Assembly: GCA_963792585.1 (NCBI GenBank)
Contig: CAWBWI010000001.1
Coordinates: 1,120,001-1,184,000, forward strand
Source of the DNA: Candidatus Eiseniibacteriota bacterium
Lineage (GTDB): Bacteria > Eisenbacteria > RBG-16-71-46 > CAIMUX01 > VGJL01
Length of the DNA: 64,000 bases
Direction of reading: 5' to 3'
Position 1 is the first letter of the stretch, and the number at the start of each line of letters is the position of its first letter. Shown here piece by piece: positions 29,293 to 39,900 of this stretch. A program made the translations under genes and the position numbers. Below the pieces are notes generated by a model. The model saw only the letters and a list, made by a program, of their open reading frames with translations. It made no database searches and was not told the origin of the DNA.

Positions 29293-30590
29293 TGCGGATC
29301 CCTTCGACCATCCTGTCGCTTCTCACCCTCTCCGTCCTGATCACGGTCAGTGCGGAAACCGCACGCGCCTACGAACCGGACGAGGTGCGCGCGATCCTCG
29401 GCGTTCGACCGCGATCGCTTGGGCCGTCCGTCGAAGGGATCGTGCTGGCGTCCCAGAGGACCTTCTCCGTCCAGAGCAACGGAAACTCGGAGATGCGTGA
29501 GCACCGGCTCGTCCTGGTCGGGCCGGCCGCCCGGGAGCGAGCGATCGAGATGCGATGGTCGTTCCGTCCCGGTCTGGATGGCTTTCGCCTGCTCGTCGGC
29601 CGTGTCCACCACGCCGATGGGAAGTTCGACGACCTTCGGGCCGACACCGCCCGGGTGGAAGCGCACCGCGCCGCCGGCCCGGACGGCTATCCGGGCATAT
29701 CCGACTGGGTGGTTCGCGCGGCCCCCGTCGTCCCCGGGGACGTCCTCGAGGTGAAGATGGCCTGCGTGTCGCGACGACTCGACGATGCGACCGAGATCTG
29801 TGGAGAGTACTGCTTCGCCGATGCCGACTCCGTGATCGAGAGCGAGCTGAACCTCGTCTTCCCCTCCAGCCTGACCATGCTCGCCTGGGGCTTCGGCGGG
29901 CTGCCGAACGCCTCACGCTCGATGGAGGGCAACAACCTCTCCTTTCGATGGCTGGTCGGGCACCTGCCCCCCTTGCGACCCGTCGCGCGGACGGCCGCGT
30001 CGGCAATCGGAGGGGCTCTTCCCGATTCCCTCTCCCCCCCGACCCTCTTCTTCGCGTTCCAGACGGAGTGGGCGGCCGTCGTGGAGGCCCGGACACGCTT
30101 CTGGCGTCGCGGTTTCCAGCAAACCCCTCCGGAGTTGATGGAGCAGATGCGGCGGATCCTCGAATCGACGGGAAGCCCCGAGGAACGACGGGACGCGGCC
30201 GTGACCTGGCTTCGCGAGAGGCTGCGCACGCTCGACCTTCCCGCCGCGCGGGGCTGGTACGAGCCGGAGGAACCGGCCGCCGTCCTGGAGCGACAGGACG
30301 CGATCCCGCGCGACCGCGCGATGCTCCTCGTCTGGCTCCTGCGCCACGTCGGGATCGCCGCGGATGCCGTCACGGTCCGATCGCGCCCCGGAGCCTCCAC
30401 GGAGGTGCCCATGCCCCAGCAGTTCGATCTCTGGTTGGTGCGGACGCGGATTGGTTCCTCCGATCCCGTTTGGATCGATCTCCGGGACGAGGTCGACACG
30501 CCGCGTTCGGTCCCGGCGGGACCGGGGGTTGTCTGGACTTCCGAGGATCCCGATACGCCGCTCGCGGAATTCCCCGGTTTCCAGCGCTAG
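29289..30590 (+). CDS. DUF3857-like domain protein with degenerate transglutaminase-like core
   Basis: Signal peptide; 'PGDVLEV' type N-terminal domain; 'PAAVLE...RDRAMLLVWLLRHVGI.A' aligns to the TGase helix but lacks the Cys; ATGA overlap. Confidence 0.65.
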   Translation: MMRIPSTILSLLTLSVLITVSAETARAYEPDEVRAILGVRPRSLGPSVEGIVLASQRTFSVQSNGNSEMREHRLVLVGPAARERAIEMRWSFRPGLDGFRLLVGRVHHADGKFDDLRADTARVEAHRAAGPDGYPGISDWVVRAAPVVPGDVLEVKMACVSRRLDDATEICGEYCFADADSVIESELNLVFPSSLTMLAWGFGGLPNASRSMEGNNLSFRWLVGHLPPLRPVARTAASAIGGALPDSLSPPTLFFAFQTEWAAVVEARTRFWRRGFQQTPPELMEQMRRILESTGSPEERRDAAVTWLRERLRTLDLPAARGWYEPEEPAAVLERQDAIPRDRAMLLVWLLRHVGIAADAVTVRSRPGASTEVPMPQQFDLWLVRTRIGSSDPVWIDLRDEVDTPRSVPAGPGVVWTSEDPDTPLAEFPGFQR

Positions 30591-30623
30591 GTCACGGTTT
30601 CCGTTCGTGATCCGGCTTGTCTG

Positions 30624-30635
30624 ATGTGGTATAAT
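30624..30635 (+). promoter_or_regulatory. Extended -10 promoter of S8 peptidase 1
   Basis: TGgTATAAT at 30627-30635. Confidence 0.7.
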
Positions 30636-30750
30636 TACCCAGCATGATGCGCCGGGCACGCCGTCGCAGCGAGGCCCAACCCGGCAGGCGGACCGGCACG
30701 AAGTCGGTCGGCGGATGGCTCACGCCCCCGAGGGGGGAGGAGATGACAAC

Positions 30751-33674
30751 ATGAGATCAGTGCGCTGGATCGCCTTGGCCGGGCTGTTGATGCTCGCAAC
30801 CACGGCCATGGCCGGCACGATTCATCCTGCGCTCCAGGCAGAGATGGATCGGACCGCCGCTAATCGCCCGATCAGCGTCATCGTCAACATGACGGAGCAG
30901 GCGCCGATCCCCAGCATGAACCAGGACTTCAACAATCGTCAGGTGCCCCGCATCGATCGGCACCGCGAGGTCGTGAGCGCTTTGCGGCAGACAGCGCGCA
31001 CGTCGCAGCCTTCCTTGATCTCGTACCTCGACGCCCGCATCAGCGAGGGCGGCGTGGTCGGTTACACGAGCTACTGGATCGGGAACCTCATCGTCGTGCA
31101 GGCGACCGCCGCGGAAATCCGCACGATCGCTGCCCGGGCCGATGTGGACGTGATCGAGCCGAACTTCACCGTGAGCTTGATCGAGCCGATCGGAATCCAC
31201 GTCCCGCGCATCACCGACGCGGACGGCGTTACCGACGGCCCGCGCGCCATCGGTGTCCCGCCGGGGATACGCGCGATCAATGTCCCGCAGGTGTGGTACC
31301 AGTTGGGATACACCGGCGCCGGCCGCCTCGTCGCGAACCTCGACACCGGCGTCGACGGCAACCATCCCGCGCTCAACACGCGTTGGCGCGGATATCAGGG
31401 GCAGCATCCGTGGCAGGAGTGCTGGCTCGACCTGATCGGGACGAACACCCAGTTCCCCGTCGACACCTACGGTCACGGCACCCACGTGATGGGCACCATG
31501 ACGGGCCTCGCGCCAAACGACTCGATCGGCTGTTCCCCCGCGGCCAAGTGGATCGCCTGCAACGCGATCAACCAGGGTGTGGGTAGCGGGTTCGACAGCG
31601 ACATCATCACGGCCCTCCAGTGGTTCGCCGACCCGGACGGAAACCCGAACACGGTCGACGACGTACCCGACTGCGTCCAGAACTCCTGGGGCATCAACGA
31701 GGGATTCAGCGGATCACCCCCTACACCGACTGCGACACGCGCTGGTGGAACGCCATCGACAACTGCGAGGCCTCCGGCGTGGTGATCACCTGGTCGGCCG
31801 GCAACGAGGGCCCCGGTGGAACCTCGCTTCGCTCGCCGGCGGATCGCGCCACCACCCTCTACAACGTCTACTCCGTCGGCGCCGTGGACGCGACGAACTG
31901 GCAGAACTTCCCCTATCCGATCGCGAGCTTCTCGAGCCGCGGCCCCACGGGCTGCAACGTTCCGGCCGACCGGAAGATCAAGCCCGAGGTCTGCGCGCCC
32001 GGCGTGAACGTCTACTCCTCCGTCCCGGGCGGCGGCTATGACGGCAGCTACAGCGGCACGTCGATGGCCGGTCCGCACGTCGCCGGCGTTGTCGGCCTGA
32101 TGCGCGAGGCGAACCCGAACCTCGACGTCGACACGATCAAGCAGATCCTGATCATGACCGCCCGCGACCAGGGCACCGTCGGTGAGGACAACACGTACGG
32201 CTGGGGCATCATCGACGCCTTCGCCGCGGTGCAGGCGGCGACGGTCGGTTACGGCGCGATCGAGGGAACCGTCCGCAACAGCAGCTGGAACAACTCTCCC
32301 ATCCAGGGAGCGCGAGTGAAGCTCCTTACCCTGGGCAACACCTCCACGACGGACGGGGCGGGCTTCTACCATCTGTCGGCCGCCGCCGGAACCTACGCGG
32401 TCGAGGCGAGTCATCCTTCCTTCCGTCCCGACACCGCCATGGTGATCGTGCAGAACAATCAGGTCACCCTGAAGAACTGGTCGCTGGTCGATATTCTCGG
32501 CCCGACGATCACCAATGTCACCCAGGACGGCACCACGACCGACACGGTCGGACCGTATCTCGTTCAGGCGACGGTCACCGACTTCAGCACCGTCGGTTCG
32601 GCGAAGCTCTTCTATCGCGTCAACGGCGGCGGCTGGTCGGAGCTTCCGATGAGCGGGGCCGGCGATGTCTACTCCGCCTCGATGCCGGGAATGCCGCAGG
32701 GCTCCCAGATCGACTACTACGTCTGGGCGGCGGACGGCGGAGGACGCACGAGCACCGCTCCGGCGGACGCTCCGGTCGGTTTCTACTCGCTCTACATCAC
32801 GACGAGCTTCTACGCGTACCAGGTCGAGGATCCGGCCGACGTGGGCTGGACGATCGGCGCCGCGGGCGACGCCGCGACCACCGGCGTCTGGATCCGTGAT
32901 GACCCCGTCGGAACCACGTACAACGGCGGTCCCCTCCAGACCGAGGACGATCACACCGCGAACCCCGGCGTGAAGTGCTTCGTCACCGGCAACGGCGCGG
33001 TGGGTGGCGGGTTCGGCGATGCGGACGTCGACGGCGGCTGCACGACCCTCGTCTCCCCAATCTGGGACCTGCACGAGGCGAGCCAGGCTTTCGTGACCTA
33101 CTGGCGTTGGTGGGCGATCATGGGCAACTCGGTGGATGACACCTGGGTCGTCGACGTCTCCAGCGACGGCGGCGCCACCTGGGTGGCTCTCGAGCGGGAT
33201 GCGACCAACCAGAACCTCTGGAAGAAGGTCACGTTGCCGCTTCACACCGTGATCACGCTGACCGATCAGGTCCAGCTTCGGTTCAAGGCCTGCGACCTTG
33301 GTTCGGCTGGTCTGGTCGAGGCGGCGGTCGACGACGTCTCCGTCGAGACCTTCACACCGAACCCGCAGGATGCTCCGGAGACGGGCGGCCTGACGCTGCG
33401 CACACAACTGGCGCAGAACGAGCCGAACCCGTTCAACCCGGTGACCAAGATTCGCTTCACGCTGGCCAACCCGGCGCAGACGCAGGTCCGGATCTTCGAC
33501 TCGGCCGGACGTCTCGTTCGCACCCTGGTGGACGAGCCGATGACCGCAGGGGCGCACACCGTCACATGGAACGGCCTGGACGACGCGGGCCGTCCGACCG
33601 GCTCGGGCGTCTTCTTCTACCGTCTGAACGCGGGTGACTTCTCGCAGAGCCGCAGGATGACGATTCTGAAGTAG
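30751..33674 (+). CDS. Secreted S8 (bacillopeptidase F-like) serine protease with carboxypeptidase-regulatory-like, jelly-roll and FlgD-Ig domains; frameshift in a C-run at ~31717-31721
   Basis: Triad 'LDTGVD', 'HGTHVMGT', 'GTSMAGPHVAG'; 'QNEPNPFNP...WNGLDD.G....SGVFFYRL'. The intact paralog shows the reading frame across the break. Confidence 0.9.
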
Positions 33675-33702
33675 GCGAGGGCCCACAAAGCCCCTGTCCT
33701 TC

Positions 33703-33739
33703 GAGGCGACCCCGCTCTCCAGCGGGGTCGCCTCATTTT
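33703..33739 (+). terminator. Intrinsic terminator after S8 peptidase 1
   Basis: 14-bp perfect stem GAGGCGACCCCGCT-ctcc-AGCGGGGTCGCCTC followed by ATTTT. Confidence 0.8.
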
Positions 33740-33746
33740 GGACCGG

Positions 33747-33758
33747 ATGTGATACAAT
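33747..33758 (+). promoter_or_regulatory. Extended -10 promoter of S8 peptidase 2
   Basis: TGaTACAAT at 33750-33758, in the same GATGTGnTAyAAT context as the S8-1 promoter. Confidence 0.65.
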
Positions 33759-33912
33759 CCATAAGACGTGTTTGCCGGGCACCCTGGATGACCACCACTG
33801 CACGCGTGATTTCCCGCCTGACTCGTGGTCCCTACCGGTCGACGTCTGCCGGAGCGAACCCGGCACAACCGAGCGTACGAGTGGCAGACCCTCTTGGGAG
33901 GAGGAATCGAGA

Positions 33913-36828
33913 ATGAGACTCCTTGGGTGGACCGCGGCGATCATCGTCGCTTGCACCGCCGTTTCCGTGGCCGCGGCCGGCACAATCGCACCCCGGCTAC
34001 AGGCCGAGATGGACCGCCAGAGCCCCGGCGCGGTCTTCAGTGTCATCGTCAACATGACCGATCAGGCGCCGGTGCCCGCTCTCAATGCGGAACTGATCGC
34101 CTCCAAGGCAACTCGAGCCGAACGGCACGCTCGGGTGGTCGATGCGTTGCAGACCGCGGCGCGCGGCCAGCAGCCCTTGATGGCCAACCTGGACGCGGGC
34201 ATGCGCTCCGGCGGCATCTTGGGATACACCAGCTACTGGATCTCGAATTTGATGATCGTCCGCGGCACGAAAGAGGCAATCGCCGAGATCGCGCAGCGGC
34301 CGGACGTAGATCTGATCGAGCCGAACTTCACGGCGGAGCTCATCACTCCCGTGACCATGGAAATCCCACGGATCGACCAGCAGTCGGGCACAGGCGACGG
34401 GACGCGCGGAATCGGCGTCACCCCCGGCCTGCGCGCGATCCGCGCTCCGGAGGTCTGGTACCAGCTCGGCTTCAACGGCGCGGGCCGTTTGATCGGCTCC
34501 CTCGACACCGGTGTGGACGGGAATCACCCCGCACTGCAGAACCGCTGGCGCGGTTACCAAGGCCAGCAGCCGTGGCAGGAATGCTGGCTCGACGTTCTGG
34601 GCGGGAACACCCAGTTCCCGAACGACGGTTACGGCCACGGGACGCACACAACCGGCACGATGTGTGGCCTTGGCGCGGCGACCCAGGACACGATCGGCGT
34701 CTCCTGGGGCGCGAAGTGGATCGCAACGAACGCCATCAACCAGGGTGTCGGAGGCGGCTTCGACAATGACGTCATCACCTGCTTCCAGTGGTTCGCGGAT
34801 CCCGACGGCAACGTGAACACGGTCGACGACGTTCCGGACGTCGTTCAGAACTCCTGGCGGATCAACGAGGGATTCGGCGGCGGCTACACCGACTGCGACA
34901 GCCGGTGGTGGAACGTCATCGACGGCTGCGAGGCGGCCGGAGTCGTGGTCACGTTCTCTGCGGGCAACGAGGGTCCCGGTGGAACGACGATCGGCTCCCC
35001 GCCGGACCGCGCGACGACTCTCTACAATGCGTTCGCGATCGGCGCGGTGGATGCCACTTCCTTCGGCTGGCCCTATCCGATCGCCAACTTCTCGAGCCGC
35101 GGCCCCACGGGCTGCAACGTTCCGGCCGACCGGAAGATCAAGCCGGAAGTGGTGGCGCCGGGCGTGAACGTCTACTCTTCGGTCCCCGGCGGCGGCTATG
35201 ACGGCAGCTGGAGTGGAACTTCCATGGCCGGCCCCCACGTGGCCGGGATCGTGGGATTGATGCGCCAGGCCAATCCGAACCTGGCCGTGGACGACATCAA
35301 GCGGATCCTGATGGAAACGGCACGCGACGAGGGCGCGGTCGGTGAGGAGAATACCTACGGCTGGGGCTTCGTCGACGCCTACAACGCCGTCATCCAGGCG
35401 ACGGTCGGCTTCGGACAGATCGATGGCTACGTGACCAACGGGAGCTGGAACAACAATCCGATTCAGGGCGCGACCGTGAAGCTGCTCGAAATCGGCAACC
35501 AGTACGACACGGACGCGGCCGGCTACTACAACGGCTCGGCCCCGGTTGCGACCTACACTGTCGAGGCCCGGCACCCCGATTTCCGTGCCGATACCGTGCA
35601 GGTGGCGCTGGTCGCCAACCAGCTCGTCTCGCAGAACTTCGCGCTGGTCGACGATCACGGTCCTGCGATCGCCAACGTGAGCGACTACAAGACTCAGTCC
35701 CTCAGTGTGGCGACCCCGATCCAGGCGACGATCACCGATCCGAGCACGGTCGCCGGCGCGACGTTTCACTACAGGATCAACGGAAACGGCTGGATCGATC
35801 TGCCGATGACCCCGGTGTTCGGTGGGTTCTACGCCTTCAATCTGCCCGCCTTCAGCGTCGGCACGCAGATCGACTACTACATCGGCGCCACGGACGGGTT
35901 GGGCAACGCGAGCAGCTCGCCCGCCACGGCCCCGGCGACCTTCTACACCCTCTACTTCACGACGCTTCTGTTCGCCGACAATGCGGAGCAGGACAACAAC
36001 TGGGCGCTGTCGGCCAACGGCGACAATGCCACCACGGGACGCTGGGTTCGCGAAAACCCGGTCGGAACGGTTTACAGCGGTCACCCGTGCCAGCCCGAGG
36101 ACGACCACACCTACGGTTCCGGCGTCATTTGCTTCATCACCGAGAACGGGACCCCGGGCGGCGACCCGAACGCCAAGGACGTCGACGGCGGATGCACCAC
36201 GCTGACCGCACCGACGTTCAATCTCAACGGCCGGACGCGCGCCTTCGTTTCCTACTATCGCTGGTGGGCGCAGGAGATTTCGCTCGACGATCAGTTCCAG
36301 ATCGACGGGTCCTCGGACGGCGGAAGCACGTGGGTGCCGCTCGAGCGCGTCGGACCTGCCGCGGACGAGACCTGGCGCAAGGTCACGATCGACCTGGGGC
36401 AGTACCTGAGCTTCACGGGGAACATGAAGATCCGCTTCAGGGCCTGTGATCAGATCCAGGGTGGCATCGTGGAGGCGGGCATCGACGACTTCGTGATCGA
36501 GACATTCAACCCGACGACCAGCGACGCCGGAGAGCAGGCGACCCTTCCGCTCCGGCCGGTTCTCGAACAGAACGAGCCGAACCCGTTCAATCCGGTCACG
36601 ACGATCAAGTTCACGCTGAGCAATCCGGCGCATGCGCGGATCGAGATCTTCGACACGACCGGACGATTGGTTCGTGCGCTCACGGATGCGCCGATGACCT
36701 CCGGCGTTCACACGATCGTCTGGAACGGCCTCGACGACGCGGGCCGTCCTGTCGAGTCCGGCGTTTACTTCTACCGTCTAAAGGCTGGCGCGTTCGAGCA
36801 GAGCCGGCGGATGACGATTCTGAAGTAG
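33913..36828 (+). CDS. Secreted S8 serine protease, tandem paralog with the same architecture
   Basis: SD GGAGGAGG; 'LDTGVD', 'HGTHTTGT', 'GTSMAGPHVAG'; FlgD-Ig C-terminus ending 'SRRMTILK' as in the paralog. Confidence 0.93.
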   Translation: MRLLGWTAAIIVACTAVSVAAAGTIAPRLQAEMDRQSPGAVFSVIVNMTDQAPVPALNAELIASKATRAERHARVVDALQTAARGQQPLMANLDAGMRSGGILGYTSYWISNLMIVRGTKEAIAEIAQRPDVDLIEPNFTAELITPVTMEIPRIDQQSGTGDGTRGIGVTPGLRAIRAPEVWYQLGFNGAGRLIGSLDTGVDGNHPALQNRWRGYQGQQPWQECWLDVLGGNTQFPNDGYGHGTHTTGTMCGLGAATQDTIGVSWGAKWIATNAINQGVGGGFDNDVITCFQWFADPDGNVNTVDDVPDVVQNSWRINEGFGGGYTDCDSRWWNVIDGCEAAGVVVTFSAGNEGPGGTTIGSPPDRATTLYNAFAIGAVDATSFGWPYPIANFSSRGPTGCNVPADRKIKPEVVAPGVNVYSSVPGGGYDGSWSGTSMAGPHVAGIVGLMRQANPNLAVDDIKRILMETARDEGAVGEENTYGWGFVDAYNAVIQATVGFGQIDGYVTNGSWNNNPIQGATVKLLEIGNQYDTDAAGYYNGSAPVATYTVEARHPDFRADTVQVALVANQLVSQNFALVDDHGPAIANVSDYKTQSLSVATPIQATITDPSTVAGATFHYRINGNGWIDLPMTPVFGGFYAFNLPAFSVGTQIDYYIGATDGLGNASSSPATAPATFYTLYFTTLLFADNAEQDNNWALSANGDNATTGRWVRENPVGTVYSGHPCQPEDDHTYGSGVICFITENGTPGGDPNAKDVDGGCTTLTAPTFNLNGRTRAFVSYYRWWAQEISLDDQFQIDGSSDGGSTWVPLERVGPAADETWRKVTIDLGQYLSFTGNMKIRFRACDQIQGGIVEAGIDDFVIETFNPTTSDAGEQATLPLRPVLEQNEPNPFNPVTTIKFTLSNPAHARIEIFDTTGRLVRALTDAPMTSGVHTIVWNGLDDAGRPVESGVYFYRLKAGAFEQSRRMTILK

Positions 36829-36858
36829 TCGATCCGAGAGGAAGCGAAGAACGAGAAC

Positions 36859-36897
36859 GGCGGACGCGATCTCACGATCGCGTCCGCCCTCTCTTTT
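36859..36897 (+). terminator. Intrinsic terminator between convergent genes
   Basis: 13-bp stem GGCGGACGCGATC-tcac-GATCGCGTCCGCC followed by CTCTCTTTT. Confidence 0.75.
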
Positions 36898-36901
36898 GGG
36901 G

Positions 36902-39900
36902 TCAGCGGCGGGGCGGTCCGGGCGGCCGTGCTCGCGTGCGGAAGGTGGCGAGGAACTCCTGGACGTCGGGGACGCACGGGTCCTGATCGAGGGACGCGCC
37001 GGTCGCCGCCGTGAGAAGACCGGTCGCATGGATCTCGTAGTCGGTATCCGGCGAGAGCGGTGCCAGGGGCGTCAACAGGATCCGATGGTCCTCATCCACC
37101 ACGTCCAGCGTGCAGGGCACCCTCGCTCCTCCCGCTTCGGCCAGCCAAACGGCATTCGAGTCCGCGGACGCGGGATTGCACGCGCGGGTCAGACGGATCG
37201 ACGCGGTCGCGAGCGTGTCGACGTCGACCGCGCTGTCCGCCGGGGCCGAACTCAGGACCAGGAACGCGCAGAAGGAGACGCCGGTCATGTCGCTCGCGCT
37301 CAAACCGTCGGCGTCCACGACCGTCGTGCGGACGTGGTAGCTCTCATCGCACCCCTCCGCCCCGACCTCGTCCGACGAGCCGTCGGCGTCGTTGTCGAGC
37401 CCGTCGCAGCCAAAGGCGTCCGCGCAGGGATAGGCGTGGGTCGCCGTGAGCCCGGCGGGCGCATCGAGCGTGTCCTGCGTGCCATCGCCCCATTCCCAGA
37501 TCACCCGGACAATCGTCCCATCGGGATCGGTGCTGGCGCCCGCGTCGAATCGGACCGTGATCGAGTCCCCGGTGGAACAGACCCCCGCGCCCGCCCTCGC
37601 GATCGGTCGATCCCCCACCTCGAATTCGGCGCGGAAGGCCTGCGCTCCCGCCTGTCCCGGATCCTGATCCAGGGTGTTGCCGTGGCGGTCGGCCAGGGCG
37701 GTGCCGGCCCTCCACTCGTATGTCCGGCCGCGCATCGGCGGGCTCGACGCAACGAATACGAAGATCGAATCGCCCGGCTGCGGGGTCCGTGTCGTCGCCA
37801 CCGGCGCGCCATCCAGGAACAGCCCCGGGTCGGAGAGACTGAAGCTCGATGAGTCCATCGCCTCGCTGAAGGTCAGCCGGAGCGGCGCATCCGGATCGAC
37901 GCCCAGGGCCCCGTCGACCGGGAGGCTGCGGCGCACGCGGGGCGGCACCCCGTCCACTCCGGTCGTGAAGCTCGCCTCGAACGGTTGGAGCCCATCGACC
38001 TCGGGATCCTGGTCGAGCGGGTTCCCGTAAAGGTCCCGCATTCCCGCGATACGAACGAAGTAGGTCGTCTGGTATTCCAGATCGCGGCCGGGCCTGAAGA
38101 TCGCCGTGTCGCCCGATGCACTCATCGAGAGGGAGCCGTTGATCGGACTTCCATCGAGCGTGACGACGAATGTCGTGTCCCCCAGGCTCGCGGGGTCGAT
38201 ATCTTCAGAGAAGTAAGCGCGAACCTTCGTATCGACCGGCGCGGGCGGCCCGCCGTCGAGCACGAGTTCGAGGACACGGGGCGGAGTCGTCTCGAACTGG
38301 GTGCGGAACGTCGAAGCGAATGGTTGGTCCCCGGGCGCGGCGGGATCGTCGTCGAACGCGTTTCCGCTCGTGTCGGCCACCGTCGGGTAGACATTGATCC
38401 GGTAGAGCTTGTTGAAATCGAGGTAGACGCCGGGCGTGAGCTCGAGCGTCAGACCTTCGGCGTCGAGGCTCTGTATCGTCGACACGGTTGCGCCGGCGGA
38501 ATCCACGAGGGTCACCGCCCCGAGGGTGATCGTCGTCGGGTCGATCGGCTCATCGAAGGTCAAACGGGGGTGGATCCCGATCTGGACGCCGGTCGAGCCG
38601 TCCGTCGGATCGACGGCGGCGACGTCCGGCCCGAGCGTGTCGGCGGCCGTACGGAACCCTGCCTCGAACGGATCGTAGACGGGCGTGGCCGGGACTTGAT
38701 CGAGCCGGTTGCCCGCCAGGTCGCGCGCGAGCGAGTCGACGACCACGCGGTAGAAGCGGGCGGGGCGCATGGCGACATCCGGAATCCAGCGGGCGGTCCT
38801 GTCTTCGTTGGAGAAGCCGATGGAGCCGGCAATCGGCAGCCCTTCGAGCTCGACCCGCAGACCCGCAGCGAGACTCGCGCGATCCATCGCCTCGCTGAAA
38901 TCGACCGTCACCGGTCCCTCGACGGCGACGCCTTCCCCGCCGTCGGGTGGGTCGATCGCGACCACTTGCGGTCGGACCTTCTCCGTCTCCGTCGTGAATA
39001 CGCTATGGAACTCCTGATACCAGTAGGTCTCGGGATCCTGGTCGAGGCGGAACCCGTAGCGATCCCGCACCCAGGTCTCCACGTGCACGTGATAGAGGGA
39101 GGAGTTCGCGAGCGGCGCATCCGGAGCGAAGAAGGCGCTGAGGCTGTCCGGACTCGCCGTCACCGTGCCCGCCACCTCGCTCCCCAGGGAGTCCGTGGCG
39201 GTCAGGTGGAAGTAGCCGAGAAGGGTCGAAGGACGGATAGGCTTGCTGAAGTGGACGCGGACCCCTCGATCGATCCCGAAGCCGGGCGTCCCGTCGGTCG
39301 GCTCCACCGCGACCACCATGGGTGACGTGCTGTCGGGGGCCGTCACGAAGGTGCTCTCGAAGACCTGGTGCCCCGCCAGATCCCAGTTCTGGTCGAGCGA
39401 ACCTCCCCGCCGCGAGCGGATCCCGGTCCCGACGCGGACGCGGTAGAGCTTGTCCGGCGAAAGCGGCTCGAGCGGCGTCAGGGTCGCCTCGAGGCTGTCC
39501 TGCGAGACTCCGAGGACGGCCGCGAGGGGTGTGGTCCCCTTCGTCAGGACGAAGGTGGTGTCGGCGACCGACTCCGGGCGCACGGGAGCGCTGAAGCGTA
39601 CGCGGACCGATCTGTTCCACGCGACATCCTGCTGGTTGTTCGCCGGATCGACGCTGGCCACCCGCACGTTCTCCTCGGTCTGGAACTCAGCGAGATAGGG
39701 CTGGAATCCCGGCGTCTGAAAGTCCTGGTCGAGCGGATTGCCGTGGCGGTCCCGTAGACCGCCCGGGCCGCCCTGCACGAGGAGCCGGTAGCGGCCGTCG
39801 CGGTTCAGGGGCCGACTCGGGACGATGACGCACCGCAGGCTGTCCGCGGAGACCTGCATGCCGCCCGCGACATTCACCCAGACGTCGCCGGATAGGGGAA

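Noticed and set aside
31710..31725. Phase variation in S8 peptidase 1
   Set aside because: The run is only 5 C, too short for a typical contingency locus, and similar homopolymer indels occur throughout the window.
31473..36711. Long antisense ORFs (860 aa, 904 aa) and similar ones at 45979-48039, 48842-51307 and 56001-58526
   Set aside because: These are shadow ORFs expected opposite high-GC coding genes; they have no recognisable motifs.
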